The notes under the pieces: generated by a model | What the model was told of the DNA's origin: nothing | Database searches by the model: none | What the model saw: the letters and a program-made list of their open reading frames with translations, nothing else | Assembly (NCBI RefSeq): GCF_039654945.1 | Contig: NW_027361925.1 | Coordinates: 6,076,001 to 6,140,000, forward strand | DNA length: 64,000 nucleotides | Source: Dendrobates tinctorius | Lineage: Eukaryota | Direction of reading: 5' to 3' | Shown: one piece after another, positions 22,368 through 36,654 of the stretch | Layout: each line of letters starts with the position of its first letter | Numbering within the stretch: the first letter of the stretch is position 1 | Translations under genes and position numbers: made by a program

Positions 22368-23533
22368 CAGTTGTGGCCAAAATTATTGACACCCCTGCAA
22401 TTCTATCAGATAATACTCAGTTTCTTCCTGAAAATGACTGCAAACACAAATTCTTTGGTATTATTATCTTAATTTAATTAAAAAGCAAAACATTGATCAT
22501 TTCACACAAAACTCCAAAAATGGGCCAGACAAAAGTATTGGCACCCTCAGCCTTATACTTGGTTCTTCTTTGGCAAACTGCTCCAGGTCCCTGATATTAG
22601 AAGGGTGCCTTCTCCAAACTGCCATTTTTAGATCTCTCCACAGGTGTTTTATGGGATTCAGGTCTGGACTCATTGCTGGCCACATTAGAAGTCTCCAGTG
22701 CTTTCTCTCAAACCATTTTCTAGTGCTTTTTGAAGTGTGTTTTGGGTCATTGTCCTGCTGGAAGACCCATGACCTCTGAGGGAGACCCAGCTTTCTCACA
22801 CTGGGCCCTACATTATGCTGCAAAATTTGTTGGTAGTCTTCTGACTTCATATTGCCATGCACACGGTCAAACAGTCCAGTGCCAGAGGCAGCAAAGCAAC
22901 CCCAAAACATCAGGGAACCTCCGCCATGACAACATTCTTCCAAAACGTTTTAGGCTTTTTCAGGTAAGTTTTGGCAAACTCCAGCCTGGCTTTTTTATGT
23001 CTCGGGGTAAGAAGTGGGGTCTTCCTGGGTCTCCTACCATACAGTCCCTTTTCACTCAGACGCTGACGGATAGTACGGGTTGACACTGTTGTACCCTCGG
23101 ACTGCAGGGCAGCTTGAACTTGTTTGGATGTTAGTGGAGGTTCTTTATCCAACATCCGCACAATCTTGCGTTGAAATCTCTTGTCAATTTTTCTTTTCCG
23201 TCCACATCTAGGGAGGTTAGCCACAGTGCCATGGGCTTTAAACTTCTTGATGACACTGCGCACGGTAGACACAGGAACATTCAGGTCTTTGGAGATGGAC
23301 TTGTAGCCTTGAGATTGCTCATGCTTCCTCACAATTTGGTTTCTCAAGTCCTCAGACAGTTCTTTTGTCTTCTTTCTTTTCTCCATGCTCAATGTGGTAC
23401 ACACAAGGACACAGGACAGAGGTTGAGTCAACTTTATAATAATACCAAAGAATTTGTGTTTGCAATCTTTTTCAGGAAGAAACAGTTTTATCTGACAGAA
23501 TTGCAGGGGTGTCAATACTTTTGGCCACAACTG
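22368..23533 (-). mobile_element. Tc1 element (family A, copy 1), multiply deleted
   Basis: TA|CAGTTGTGGCCAAAA TIRs at both ends; transposase fragments 22497-23530. Confidence 0.93.
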
Positions 23534-24121
23534 TATGACGGGTCACTAAGCCTGTTGTAGGCAACATTGCGCAGTCTTGTCTGGATAGCTCCTCTCCCTG
23601 ATCACGTCAGCTCTGGCTGTGGGTTCCTGCTATTGCGACGTTCGGCCCTAAATACAGTGATATATCCCTATTTGTGATTCTGTCACAAGAGCCCAGATCT
23701 GAGACTAATCTTATACCAGACACTGGTGACATGACCTGAAGTATCTTTCAATATTCTATGAGGTTCTGCCTCACGTTACATATGTGATAAACATATGTTG
23801 CCATAAAGCCTCATACCAATTGTATGATTCTTAGTTAGGCACTAATCTGTGGTACAGTGGAGTAGAAAGCATCATGTTTGATATACAAGTGTGGAGAAGA
23901 AAGCCTAACGAGACAGGTATTGTGTAATACATGGGTGGGCCACATCTGCTGCTCTCACAGGACATGTGCAGGGTTTGTTTTGGTTAATGTGCTTTATGTT
24001 GCAAGCCCCCCATATTGTGTTAGTGATCACACATTTCTGTGGCTGACTAGTGATTTGTACTGTATGTGTATCTTTTGTGTTGCTCTACTTGATCCTGTGC
24101 TGTTTCCTTCTCCCTCTACAG

Positions 24122-24193
24122 GTTGTGTGTCAAGTCCATATAAGACTGGTACGGCTGGAATTCGCTCCTATGAGCCTCCCCCAGACTTTAGCA
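24122..24193 (+). CDS. MRPL16: MRPL16 coding exon 2
   Basis: Polypyrimidine-CAG acceptor and GTGAGT donor; encodes ...TAGIRSYEPPPDFS; phases consistent. Confidence 0.85.
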
Positions 24194-24396
24194 GTGAGTA
24201 CAGTGTAATAAAGACCGTTTGAAGCAGAGCGCGCTTTATACAAGGAAGGTGCCAACTGTGTTACACAGCGGTGATCTGAGCTAATTCATTGATGCGGTGA
24301 TGTCAGGCGACCTGCGTGAAGCAGGGGCGCTCTCCATATAAATACACACATGCCAGATGTAATAATTGACAGACTTGCTTGTTTCTATCTTTTCAG

Positions 24397-24545
24397 GCAT
24401 CAGTATGAAGGAACGACCCAAACTGCGCTTTATGAATAAAGCCCCAGATGTCGTTAAAGTTGTGAAGGTTCCAAGGGGTTTAAAGGACATTCGCGGTCCA
24501 TCCTTGGTTGGGAGGGAGTTCAAGGAAGGACAGTATGGCATTTTG
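24397..24545 (+). CDS. MRPL16: MRPL16 coding exon 3
   Basis: TTTCAG acceptor, GTGAGA donor; ERPKLRFMNKAP...LKDIRGPS...FKEGQYGIL matches mitochondrial uL16m. Confidence 0.92.
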
Positions 24546-24889
24546 GTGAGAGAATCTTATCTGTATCAATTAATAATGAATAATCCTAATGCATGACCGG
24601 CTCTTATATTGGTAACATGAATGATTGCTCTGCCCTATGTTCCTTGTATGGTGGGATGTGGACATGTTATGCTATGGCGTAGTCGTATTCTGCAGGTAGT
24701 ACTAAGTCTCCTTTTCCATTCTGTAAAATGTTAGATCTCCATCACATGTCTTTTCTTTTCTGTAATTTTAAATCTCAAACATGTTTAAAGGGGTTGATAG
24801 AGGATCATGTGACCAGATCTGTCCATCATCCACCTCCTCCACTTGTCCATGAGACTCCAATTAAGAAGCAGTATGTATTTCTTAGTATA

Positions 24890-26537
<1,648 letters not shown>

Positions 26538-27155
26538 TATGTCGGTCGTTGTTACGGGATATTGACAAGTGTTAGAGAAGTATGGAGGGTCCTGGATGCT
26601 GACAAAACTCAGAGTGACTTCTGTGCCCCTGCATAGTCCAAGACCAGCCCAGTAGGCTCTTCTTAGTAGCCACTCAATACAGGGCACCAGCAGGCTGGGT
26701 AGAACCTAAATACCGGGACAGGATTTTGAGTCATTAGGCCAGTTGGGGGCAACATGACACCACCTTGTCTTTCTTGGATATCTCCTCACACTTACAAAGT
26801 CAGGACTGGCCATGATTTCTTGATGGTGCAAAGTTGATGCTTCAGTATAGTGATATCCTGTAATATTGCGAATACCACCTAACCCTGATAAAAAATAAAA
26901 ACATAAACTTTAGATCTGATCCTGCTATGGCTGGATTTTAGGGTTTTGAACTAAAACTATAAATAATATCTGTTTCATGTGTTCTGATGACCTCCGTGAT
27001 TTGTGCTCCTCTATCATGAATCTTAAAGCTCCCCTATACTAGGTCTTTACAATGACCACCTCTGGGCACACTACTCTCTGCTACTACACTGTATATTCAT
27101 CTTTAACAACTGTTCATTTATTGTGGTCCGTGTTTTTTGTTTTTTTTTTGGACAG

Positions 27156-27641
27156 GCTTTGGGAGGTGGATACTTACATTGGGGTCACTTTGAAATGATG
27201 CGTTTGACTTTAAATCGTAAATTTGACCCCCGCACAACTTTCAGCAACTGGTTGATAGAAGCTCCTCACAAACCCATCACACGCAAAGGACTTGGCCAAC
27301 GCATGGGGGGTGGAAAAGGTGCAGTGGACCATTATGTCACCCCAGTGAAAGCAGAGCAGCTCATTTTGGAAGTGGGAGGACGCTGTGAATTTGCGGAGGT
27401 CTTGCCAGTACTAACGCAAGTAGCCAAGAAGCTTCCGTTCCCAGCGAAGGCTGTGAGCCGTGAGTCCTTGAAACAGCTGCAGGAAGAACTGGAGGAGCGG
27501 CAGAGAAACAACCAGAACCCATGGACTTTTGAGCGTCTGGTGACTCGTAACATGATGGGTTGTCGGAAATATCTTAGTCCTTACGACCTGCATTACAAAG
27601 GCAGATTTTGGGGGAAGCGCTTGCTGAAGGACCGTGTGTAA
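27156..27641 (+). CDS. MRPL16: MRPL16 coding exon 4 (terminal); spliced protein 253 aa, mitochondrial ribosomal protein uL16m
   Basis: [18 protein letters not shown]...[17 protein letters not shown]...[10 protein letters not shown]...LSPYDL is the MRPL16 signature; AATAAA at ~27787. Confidence 0.96.
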   Translation, partial: ALGGGYLHWGHFEMMRLTLNRKFDPRTTFSNWLIEAPHKPITRKGLGQRMGGGKGAVDHYVTPVKAEQLILEVGGRCEFAEVLPVLTQVAKKLPFPAKAVSRESLKQLQEELEERQRNNQNPWTFERLVTRNMMGCRKYLSPYDLHYKGRFWGKRLLKDRV

Positions 27642-27873
27642 GAGGATGGCTCACATCATACCAGCTCTTTGGGCCACAGCATTCTTTTTTTTTTTTTTTT
27701 TTATGTTTTGTAAGAAATTTTATAAGCAAGAATGAAAAGCTGCCTAAAACCCTGCCATAGTTTCTCATGTTATCATGCCCTCCTAAAATAAACTTCTTTT
27801 CTCCAACATCCAATGGTGCCTGGCATGTTTAACGCATTGTATACACAGCAGGGCGTGGTGATTTATTAATATA

Positions 27874-28700
27874 CAGTACTGTACAAAAATTGTATGCAGG
27901 TGTGGAAAAATTCAGCAAAGTAAGGATGCTTTAAAAAAAAGTTTTAATGGATTCTTTTTATCAATTAACACACTGCAAAGTGAATTAACAAAAGAGAAAT
28001 CTAAATCATATCTGTATTTTGTGACCGCCCTTTGCCTCCAAAATGGCATCAATTCATCTAAGTACACTTGCACAAAGTCAGGGATTTCATAGGGTTATAG
28101 TCAGGTGTATGAGCACCAATTTTACCGAACAGGTGATGATAAACCTCATTTTCTTATGTAGGTTGAAACGTCTTTATTAACTGAAACAGAAACCGCTGTG
28201 TAGGAGGCTTAAAACTGGGTGAAGAATAGACAAACTCTGCTACAAAGGTGATGATGTTGATGACTGTTTCATATCAGAAGACTGAGAGCAGCAAGACACG
28301 CAATAGTTATGCTGTATGAGTTGGTATCTAGGAAGATACTACCCATCAGGGAGGCCTCTGTCTCCAAATGTACTCATGACGATGATCAAAATAAAACAGA
28401 CAACGTCATTTATCTTCAGCGTACTAGGAACAACGAGTTCCAGAAGTGATGATATGGCCCTTTTCTCAACATCATCGTATTGGTGTGGCATATCAGCGAC
28501 ATCCACAGAAGATCTGTGGTTCTCCAAGATGTTTGGAACCACCTCAGTTCCTTCAGAAACTGTGAGCGAGTATACCGAGAAGGATTGATACTGTTTTAAA
28601 GGCAAAGGGCGGTGACACCAAATTTGACTTAGATTTCTCTTTCATTCTTTCACTTAATTGATAAAAATAAAGTAAGCGTTCTTATTCTGCATCATTTTTT
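27874..28700 (+). mobile_element. Highly decayed Tc1 remnant
   Basis: TA|CAGTAC-like start and residual Tc1 C-terminal sequence (...AAAGGCAAAGGGCGGTGACACCAAAT); boundaries approximate. Confidence 0.5.
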
Positions 28701-31154
28701 CGACGACTGCCTCTCCACCTGCTTATTTTGGATTGTATTAAAGGGATTTCTCTTGATTTTCTTTGTTTAAAGATTAATTTTTGTCTCATAAAATTGCCAG
28801 TCAGGCAGTACTGTGACATTGTGCGGTATGTCCTTACAAATGCCCTTGCTGCTTGGGAAATGGTGTAATATTCGCTCCTTCTTGAAGGTTTAGTATCGTT
28901 TTTCCCCAGGAAATGCTGCCACCTTCAGATTGTAATATGGAAATGCAGGTGTGCACCTTAGTAACTTACAGAGCCACTTTGGACCTATCTTATTTGAGGC
29001 TCTGTGGCTGGTTCCTCCCAATTTCAGGCTTATTCGTGCATGGGAAACATTGGCCATATTTGAATCCTGTGTTCTATGTAAGGAAAGTTCAGTTTTTGAT
29101 CGTACTCTTTTAGCACCCATTGGGCTCACAGGCTTCTACACCTCTGATTTAGTCCTTGTAGGGACAAGGAATGTTTCTCTGTGCAGTATTGGTATCTTTA
29201 ATATGTTTGTGTGTTTTACCTCTTTCTGTATAGCTGATTTTGACATGGCAGGGTAACTAAGCCAGACCCCAAGAAAGACTACGGTAATTCATTCCATCTT
29301 ATATCCTAAAATAAGTACAGCTCAGTCACCCCTGTTCTGAGCTTACCAGGTAGAAGCTGTATGGTTGCGGCTCAAATAAAACGAAAGCTTCAAGTTGAAA
29401 ATCTTTACTGATATATTTTGTTCTTAAGAAGGCTGGATTCCAAAATGACCCAAAAATAAAAAAAAATCTAATTTGTGTGAACATCATGATAGTTTATGAC
29501 TTGATTCGTTGTGTTTGGCACCCACATGTCTGTGTGTACTCCCGATCGTTTCTGAAAGAGAAAAGTGCTCCCTGTGTGAATTAGCAGCCGCATAACGCCA
29601 AGATCTAAGTATTGCTCACCTTGAATTGTTGTGCTGGACAGGCAGAAGATTGCTATAGGGTACAAAACGGAAGATTCTTCTGATCAGCTGCCGCACCGTC
29701 CATCAACTCCACACCAGGCAGGAGCTGCATCGCTGTACTGAATAAGCACACTTTTGGAGGAGGTGTATGAGGGTTGATTTCCCCAATCAGCTACTGCACC
29801 AACATCTGGCTCCTCACCCTCCTGGGTAGGAGTTGGAGAAAGGAGTCAGGAGAAAAAAGAAGAGCGGATATGTTCCGGACGCTGCAATGGAAGATACCAG
29901 CCTAGTCACAAGGTAAGATGTTTAGTGGCACTGGTGCCATAAACGTCTCCTCTATCGCAGCGCCCAGAACATATCTGCCCCCTTCTTTTTCCTCCCGATA
30001 ATTTCTGGACATTCGCCTGATGAGATGACGGATAGTGTCCTTGGCGTTCTCCCAGATCTAGATCAGGACATCAGATCCTGGACAGTCAGTGATGCTACTG
30101 GGTGGTGTCAGATGCTCTGATACACAATGTCACAGAGGTTATCGATTGGTTTCCAATCTGGGGAACGTGAGGGCTAGTAAGTCATCAATGCCTTTATCAT
30201 AAAAAATGGGTACACACTCTGGCCTCATAAGTCCTGGCATTGGCCAGGACACTATTGGCTGTCACATGGAAGCATTGTGCAGCCCTCCAGAGATATGATT
30301 CCTGAGACCACCACTGACCGATCAACAAATGGTCATGCTGAATGTTGTTGCAGATTAGCTTTCACCATGGTGTCTCCAGACTTTCACGTGCCCAGTATAA
30401 ATCTGCCCTCATCTGTGAAGGGAATAAAGTGCTAATGGTTGGCCTGCCAATTCTGGTGTTCTCTGACAAATGCCTATTGAGTTGGACAGTGATGGGCTGT
30501 AAGCACAAGTCCCACTACAGGACCTCAGACCCTCACGCCACCCTCCTGGAATTTATTCTGACAGATTAGTCAGAAACACAAGTAGCCCTAGGGTACCAGC
30601 AGTACTCCTATTTTTCTGTGCATGAAGGAGCAGATACAGGTTAAGCTGCCTGGTTGATACCCTTCTACAGACCTCCTAGAGTGATGGCTCCTGTGCTACC
30701 ATCTGCTCCATGCTTTTGAGATTGAAAGACAAAGCAAATCTTGTCATGGCATGTGCCATCCTGAAGAAGCTGGAAAACCTGTCCCACCTGAATGGGTTGC
30801 AGGTACTACCTCATGCTACTAGTAGTGACAAGAACCTTAGTAAAAAACAAATCCATAGGTTTTGGGGGGTTGTCTTTCTGTTGCCTCTCCATTTGCATAT
30901 TCCTGAAGTGTAGTTGTTTTGGGATTGTTCTGTGATGTGTGAATGTTTTGTTCATTCACTGATCTAATTATAATTGCAGTAGCTCGATCCTACATCCTCC
31001 GCATTACCTGCACTGGTCCTATGTCAATGTCTAGCAGAAAGGAACTGGCTTTAGGGGAGATTCACACATTTGATTTTCACGGTCCATATATTTAATGTGA
31101 CGTGCGAACAGGCCGCGTGTCTCCAGACCCAAACTGGAGCACCATAGGCACATA

Positions 31155-32671
31155 CAGTCATGCCCGAAGGTGTTGGCACCCTCGAAATTGTTTCAGAACA
31201 TGAAGTATTTCTCCCAGAAAATTATAGCAAATACTCAGGTTTTGTTATACACGTTTATTTCCTTTGTGTGTATTGTAACAACACACGAGAAATAAAGGCA
31301 AACTGGACATAATTTCACGCACAACCCCCAAAATGGTCCTGACAAAACTGTTGGCACCCTCATCTTAATATTAATATTTGGTTGCATAGCCTTTGGAAGA
31401 AATAACTGCAATTAATCACTTCCTGTAACCATCAACAATCTTCTGTCTTTCATATCTGAAGGCCCCTTCTCCCAACACCAATTTTAATATCTCTCCACAG
31501 GTGATTAATGGGATTTAGATCCAGACTCATTGCTGGCCACTTCAGAACTCTCCAGCATTTTGTTTCCATCCATTTTGGGGTTCTTCTTGAAGTATGTCTG
31601 TGGTCATTTTCCTGCTGGAAGACCCATGACCTAGGACTAAACCCAGCTTTCTGACACTGGCACTACATTGTGACCCAAAATCCTTTGGTAAACTTCAGAT
31701 TTCATGATCCTTGAACACAGTGAAGGCACCCAGTGCCAGAGGCAGCAAAAAAAACAAACCTCTTTGAACCTTCACCATATATGACTGTAAATACTGTGTC
31801 CTTTTCTTTGTAGGCCTCATTCTGTTTTTAGTAAACAGTAGAATGATGTGCTTTACTGAAAAATTCTATCTTGGTCTCATCTGTCCACAAGATGCTTTTC
31901 CCGAAGGATTTTGGCTTACTTACTCTTGTACTTTTTGGCAAACAGCAGTCTATATTTTTTTATGCATCTGTGTCAGCAATCAGGTCCTCCTGGGTCTCCT
32001 GCCATAGCATTTCATTCAAATGTCGACGGATAGTTCGCACTGACACTGATGCACCCTGAGCCTACAGGATAGCTTGAATTTCTGTGGTACTTGATTGGGG
32101 CTACTTATCCACCAGCCAGACTATCCTGAATTTCAACCTTTCATAAATTTTTCTCTCCCATCCAAGTCCAGGGAGATTAGCTACAGTGCCACGGGTTGTA
32201 AATTTCTTAATTATGCTGCACACCATAGGCAAAGGAACATCAAGATCTCTCGAGAAGGACTTGTAACCTTGAGAGTGTTGATATTTTTAAACAATTTTGG
32301 TTCTCAAATCTTCAGACCGTTTTCTTCTCTTTCAGTTCTCTATGCTTAGTGTGACACACAATGCAAAGATTGAGTCAGCCTCTCCCCTTTTCATCTGGTT
32401 TCAGTTGTGATTATCATATTACCAACACCTGGTACTTGCCATAGGTAAGTTTGAACGAGCATCACATGCTTAAAACAAAGTTGCTTACACACAATTTTGG
32501 AAAGGTGCCAATCATTTTGTCTGGGCCACTTTGGGATTTTTATGTGAAATTGTCCTATTTGCCTTTTTTTCTCTTTTTTTTGTGTTGTTCCAATGCACAT
32601 ATAACTTTTCTAGGACAAATTCTTACTTTCTGGAACAATTTCAAGAGTGCCAACACTATCAGCCATGACTT
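31155..32671 (-). mobile_element. Decayed Tc1 element (related to family A) nested in a Harbinger-type MITE
   Basis: TIRs CAGTCATGCCCGAAGGTGTTGGCACC / GTGCCAACACTATCAGCCATGACT; internal similarity to the 24890-26537 element; flanks form an inverted pair (GGGGAGATTCACACATTTG / CAAATGTGTGAATCCAGC). Confidence 0.8.
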
Positions 32672-34397
32672 TATGAGGCCATTGAGTTCAGGTTAGGAGG
32701 CCCATGGCCGGTCCGCGCATTTTGGTCCATACTCTGACCACGAATAACAAATGTGTGAATCCAGCTCTAGGAGCAGTAGATGTAAAACAAGCCATGGCAG
32801 ATTAAGATGTCTGTTACACATTGATGAAGAGTCTGCTGCAGTAAAATGTGAAAAATTTATTAAGGAATTAAGTGGCTGTTAATGAATTTGGCACATCTTT
32901 CAGTTTCTGTGTGACAGTGAAACAAATGTACTCCAGTCATATAATAGAATGTATTTTTGCTATAATTTATGCCAACTTCTGGCAAAAATTTTAGATTGAA
33001 TTTGGTGGGTCATGCTATGCCACACCCCTCAGACTAAGTCCCACCCACTGTTCAAAAAGTTGGCTGAAGCGGTATAAAAATGGCTTGATATAGTGTTGAC
33101 GCTGCCTAATATAATAACTTGCCCTAAGTGAGACATATCCTGGACTGAACACACAACACACTGATGTTTCAAAAAATCTTTAATAATCAATATCCAGCAC
33201 GGCCTCTTTAAATTCAATAGCCGAAATCTTAATCTTGATAACATGTCCCTCCAGGTGTATGTTGTTCCACATCTTAATTCAAGGGGGAAGAAAAATTGGC
33301 AAAATATATTTGGTAAGAGGTCTCATTTTCAGATCCACTTTTGAATCTAACTATAATTATTCAGTAAATGTGTCTGCTTGTTTTGTACATTCACTTCACC
33401 ATTCACAACCAAAGCTGCATTCAGAGTGCTACTACATGCACTACTCATACAGGTGGGTATAGGCACCTATAGCTGTTAAAGGTATGTTTTTCTCTGAAAC
33501 GCTGCAGCTTTTCAGAGTCGGCTGCAATCATACAGCCAGTGGCCATGACTGGGCAGCATGCATCACCCGTCAGGTTCCCTTTAAAGAACAACTAGCAGAA
33601 GTTAGAATGCAGCTTTAGAAGTGACCAGAGAAAAAGCTGCAATGCCACTCAAGCTGTCAAAGTAATTTTACTTAAATTTAATGTGTTAGCAGGTTTAATC
33701 TGACAGCAATGTAGGGGCAGAGACCCTGATGCCAGGGATGTGTAACTTGCTCACAGCTTGCTACATCTGCAGCAGAGTAAACAGATTCGAACAAAGCCGC
33801 ATCGAGCAGACCAGCAAGTGACACACAACTGGAATTCGGGTTTCTGCCCCTAAATCATGCTGCTCTCTCTGATTCTATAGCAAAAAATTTGGTGATAGAT
33901 TGCCTTAAACACATAAATATATACAAGTGTAAAGAAGACCCATGACCAGGTCAAAAGTGGGCAGTTGTTTTCTCATCATATTCTCACTGCTCCATTGAGT
34001 AGTTTGCTAATTTTTGTTCTTTACAAAGGGGTGTGGCTATTCAGAGCCTAAATATAATCTTGTCTGCCACACCCCCTTGGTAAAGACCAATGAAAAAGCT
34101 CATATCTCTGGAACCGTATGATGGATTTAAAAATAAGTAAAAACGCAGAACTAAGGGGAGCGGCTGGAAAAATAACAGGTAGAACGTCCCATTTTTATCC
34201 TGGTGATCTGTCTTCTTTAACCTGTAAAGGAACACGTTAACCAACCAAAGTCCATGTAACAGATTTCCACCCTTTCCAGGTTTACAGTATCAGCACATAA
34301 TACATAGTCCCAGAGGTGACAATCAGAAATAACTTAATATATACACATCTACATAAATAGTTAACACAGCGACACGTGCTACCCCAATGCCCTCACC

Positions 34398-34475
34398 TCA
34401 GCCAAAGATTCCTCCGATTGTGGAAGCTGTGATGATGATGAGGATCACACAGCAAATCAGAATCATGATCTTCTT
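34398..34475 (-). CDS. STX3: STX3 alternative terminal exon 10B (STX3B transmembrane anchor KKIMILICCVILIIITASTIGGIFG*)
   Basis: CTGCAG acceptor, phase 0; matches the syntaxin-3B/syntaxin-1-like TMD with Cys-Cys. Confidence 0.88.
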   Translation of the reverse strand, partial: KKIMILICCVILIIITASTIGGIFG

Positions 34476-36184
34476 CTGCAGCATGGAAACCGTCAGAAAA
34501 GGCACAGCTCAGAATAAAGGGACGGCTTTGTCTACCCCCATGGTGACATGACACGCACTCATCCACACAGGCAGTTTCAGGTTTTGGGGCCCCCATGCGG
34601 ACAGCACGCTGACCTATGGGAATCAGTTTGCTAGTTCGTGTGAATAATTTCCATAGTTTTATTTTTGGCAAATTGTTCAGCGAGGATCTGCACAGAGACA
34701 CAGTGACATCTGCACTTAGCGGATGTTAGACCCGTAAATTACCACCGTCATCAGAAATCGGCATTAGCCTTTTTTAAAAAATAATGCAATTCTATGCTTA
34801 ATTTTCTCCCTGAAACCTGAAAATGGTTGTGTGGACGTAAACATGAAGAATGACTTGTTAAAGGGGGTGTCCATTTTGATTTCCATGGCGAAAATGAAAG
34901 AGATTGTACCAACTTTGGTAATAACGTTTCAATCACTGGGGTTTGACCACTGGGGGACACACAGAGCCAGGGTTCAGAAGAGCTCCATGTGCATGGAGTG
35001 GCAGGCAATCGTGCGCACCTCGCTCTATTCATTCTTAATGGGAGTGCAGAAGAGCAGCCGAAAAAGCTGCGATCGGCTTAGAATGAGCAGAGGTGCACAT
35101 GATCGACCATGGCTTAATTCACACAGAGTTCTTCAGAGCCCTGGTTCTCGGGATCGGTGGCGGTTAAAGATCAGGAATTCATCCCCTATTCTATATACGG
35201 AGAATAACTTCCAAACTTGGCACAACCCTTTAACATCATGTGATAGTCTCCGGTGAGGGTTTGTCTATACTAGTTTATTGTATGTGGGCAGGCCCAGATA
35301 ACTTAATCACTGCCATGTTAGTGAAAGACACACAAGATAAACATCCCCTTTAAAGAGAACATAGATTTTAACGCCACATACTGAGCTGAGAAAAAAAGCC
35401 ATCTTTTTTTTCCTCCAGAATAATGCCACTTTTGCACATTAGGTGTGCATAGTATTTTAACTGTCAGACCGTAACACCAAGTACGACCTATAGGCAAGAG
35501 TGGCGCTGTTTCTGAAAATAAGCAGAGCCTATTCCTAATCTACAAAAACAAGGTTACACAAGATGGAAGAGGAGGGGAGAGGTGTTGTTCCTTCATTTAG
35601 TATATGCTTTTATATTCTACAATATATACAAATGTACAAAAACGTGATGAGCATGGGCTATACTGATGGGGGAAGGGAGAAATAGACGACAGATAAATAA
35701 GCTTCTCTTAATAGATATATTCAAAAATGGGTTAAAGCGTGTCCAGTATGAACAGTCGCACTTGACGATGTGTGCTTACATGGCTCTCTAATCTATTGCC
35801 CAGACTTTCCTGACTACTCAAAGTTCTACTTGCCTTCAAGACATCTTATTGCCCCTAAACTACAAATCACCAGAGGGTGACACTTGAGCCAACATAGTGC
35901 TTTTCCCTAACCATCACCAGATATATGAACACTTTGTAAGTCTGGGTGAGTTAGGTGAGGACTACACAGCAACATGCTATGTAGCCAAAGACTCTTTATA
36001 GGTGCAATTTGGTTTCATACAAAAAAAAAAAAACAGGCAAATCCCAGATATGTTGCTGGTACATTTTAGAGGTAGTTTTGGAGGCACAACAGGACCTTAT
36101 TGACGATCATAAGATGCAATGTTTGAGAGTGGCATAGAGCTGTGTCCCTGTAGTCTAATGTAGATGTATGGGTGTTACATTTAA

Positions 36185-36654
36185 AGAGAACTTGTCACTT
36201 GCCCCCCAAAATTGAGTTAAATTCCTTGTGAAAATCCCTGAGCTCTTTTCCATTTTGCAATGCATCACTCCATAGCAAAGATATTCACATTTTTTTATTC
36301 TGCAGGGCAGTATGTGAAATCTCTGGTTTGCAGTCCAACTTTGCATTTCTTCAGAGTCTTCTCTGGGGGTGTGCACATTCACCTCTCACTCTCAGATGCT
36401 TAGCAACTAAACTGTGATTAGATGTGGCTGGGAGGGCATAGTGAAAGCTGACGCCCCCCAGAGAAGACTGAAGAAATGCCAAGTTGGACTGCAAACCAGA
36501 GATTTCACATACTGCCCTCCAGATTAAATAAATGTGAATATCTCTGCAATGGAGTGATGTATTGCAAAATAGAAAAGAGATGCAGAATCTGTGGAGCTCA
36601 TGGATTTTTCCAAGGTATTTAACTAAGTTTCTTTGAGCAAGTGACAGACCTTCT
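36185..36654. mobile_element. TTAA-flanked palindromic MITE (T2/Kolobok type)
   Basis: TTAA|AGAGAACTTGTCACTTGC...GCAAGTGACAGACCTTCT|TTAA with long inverted arms. Confidence 0.75.
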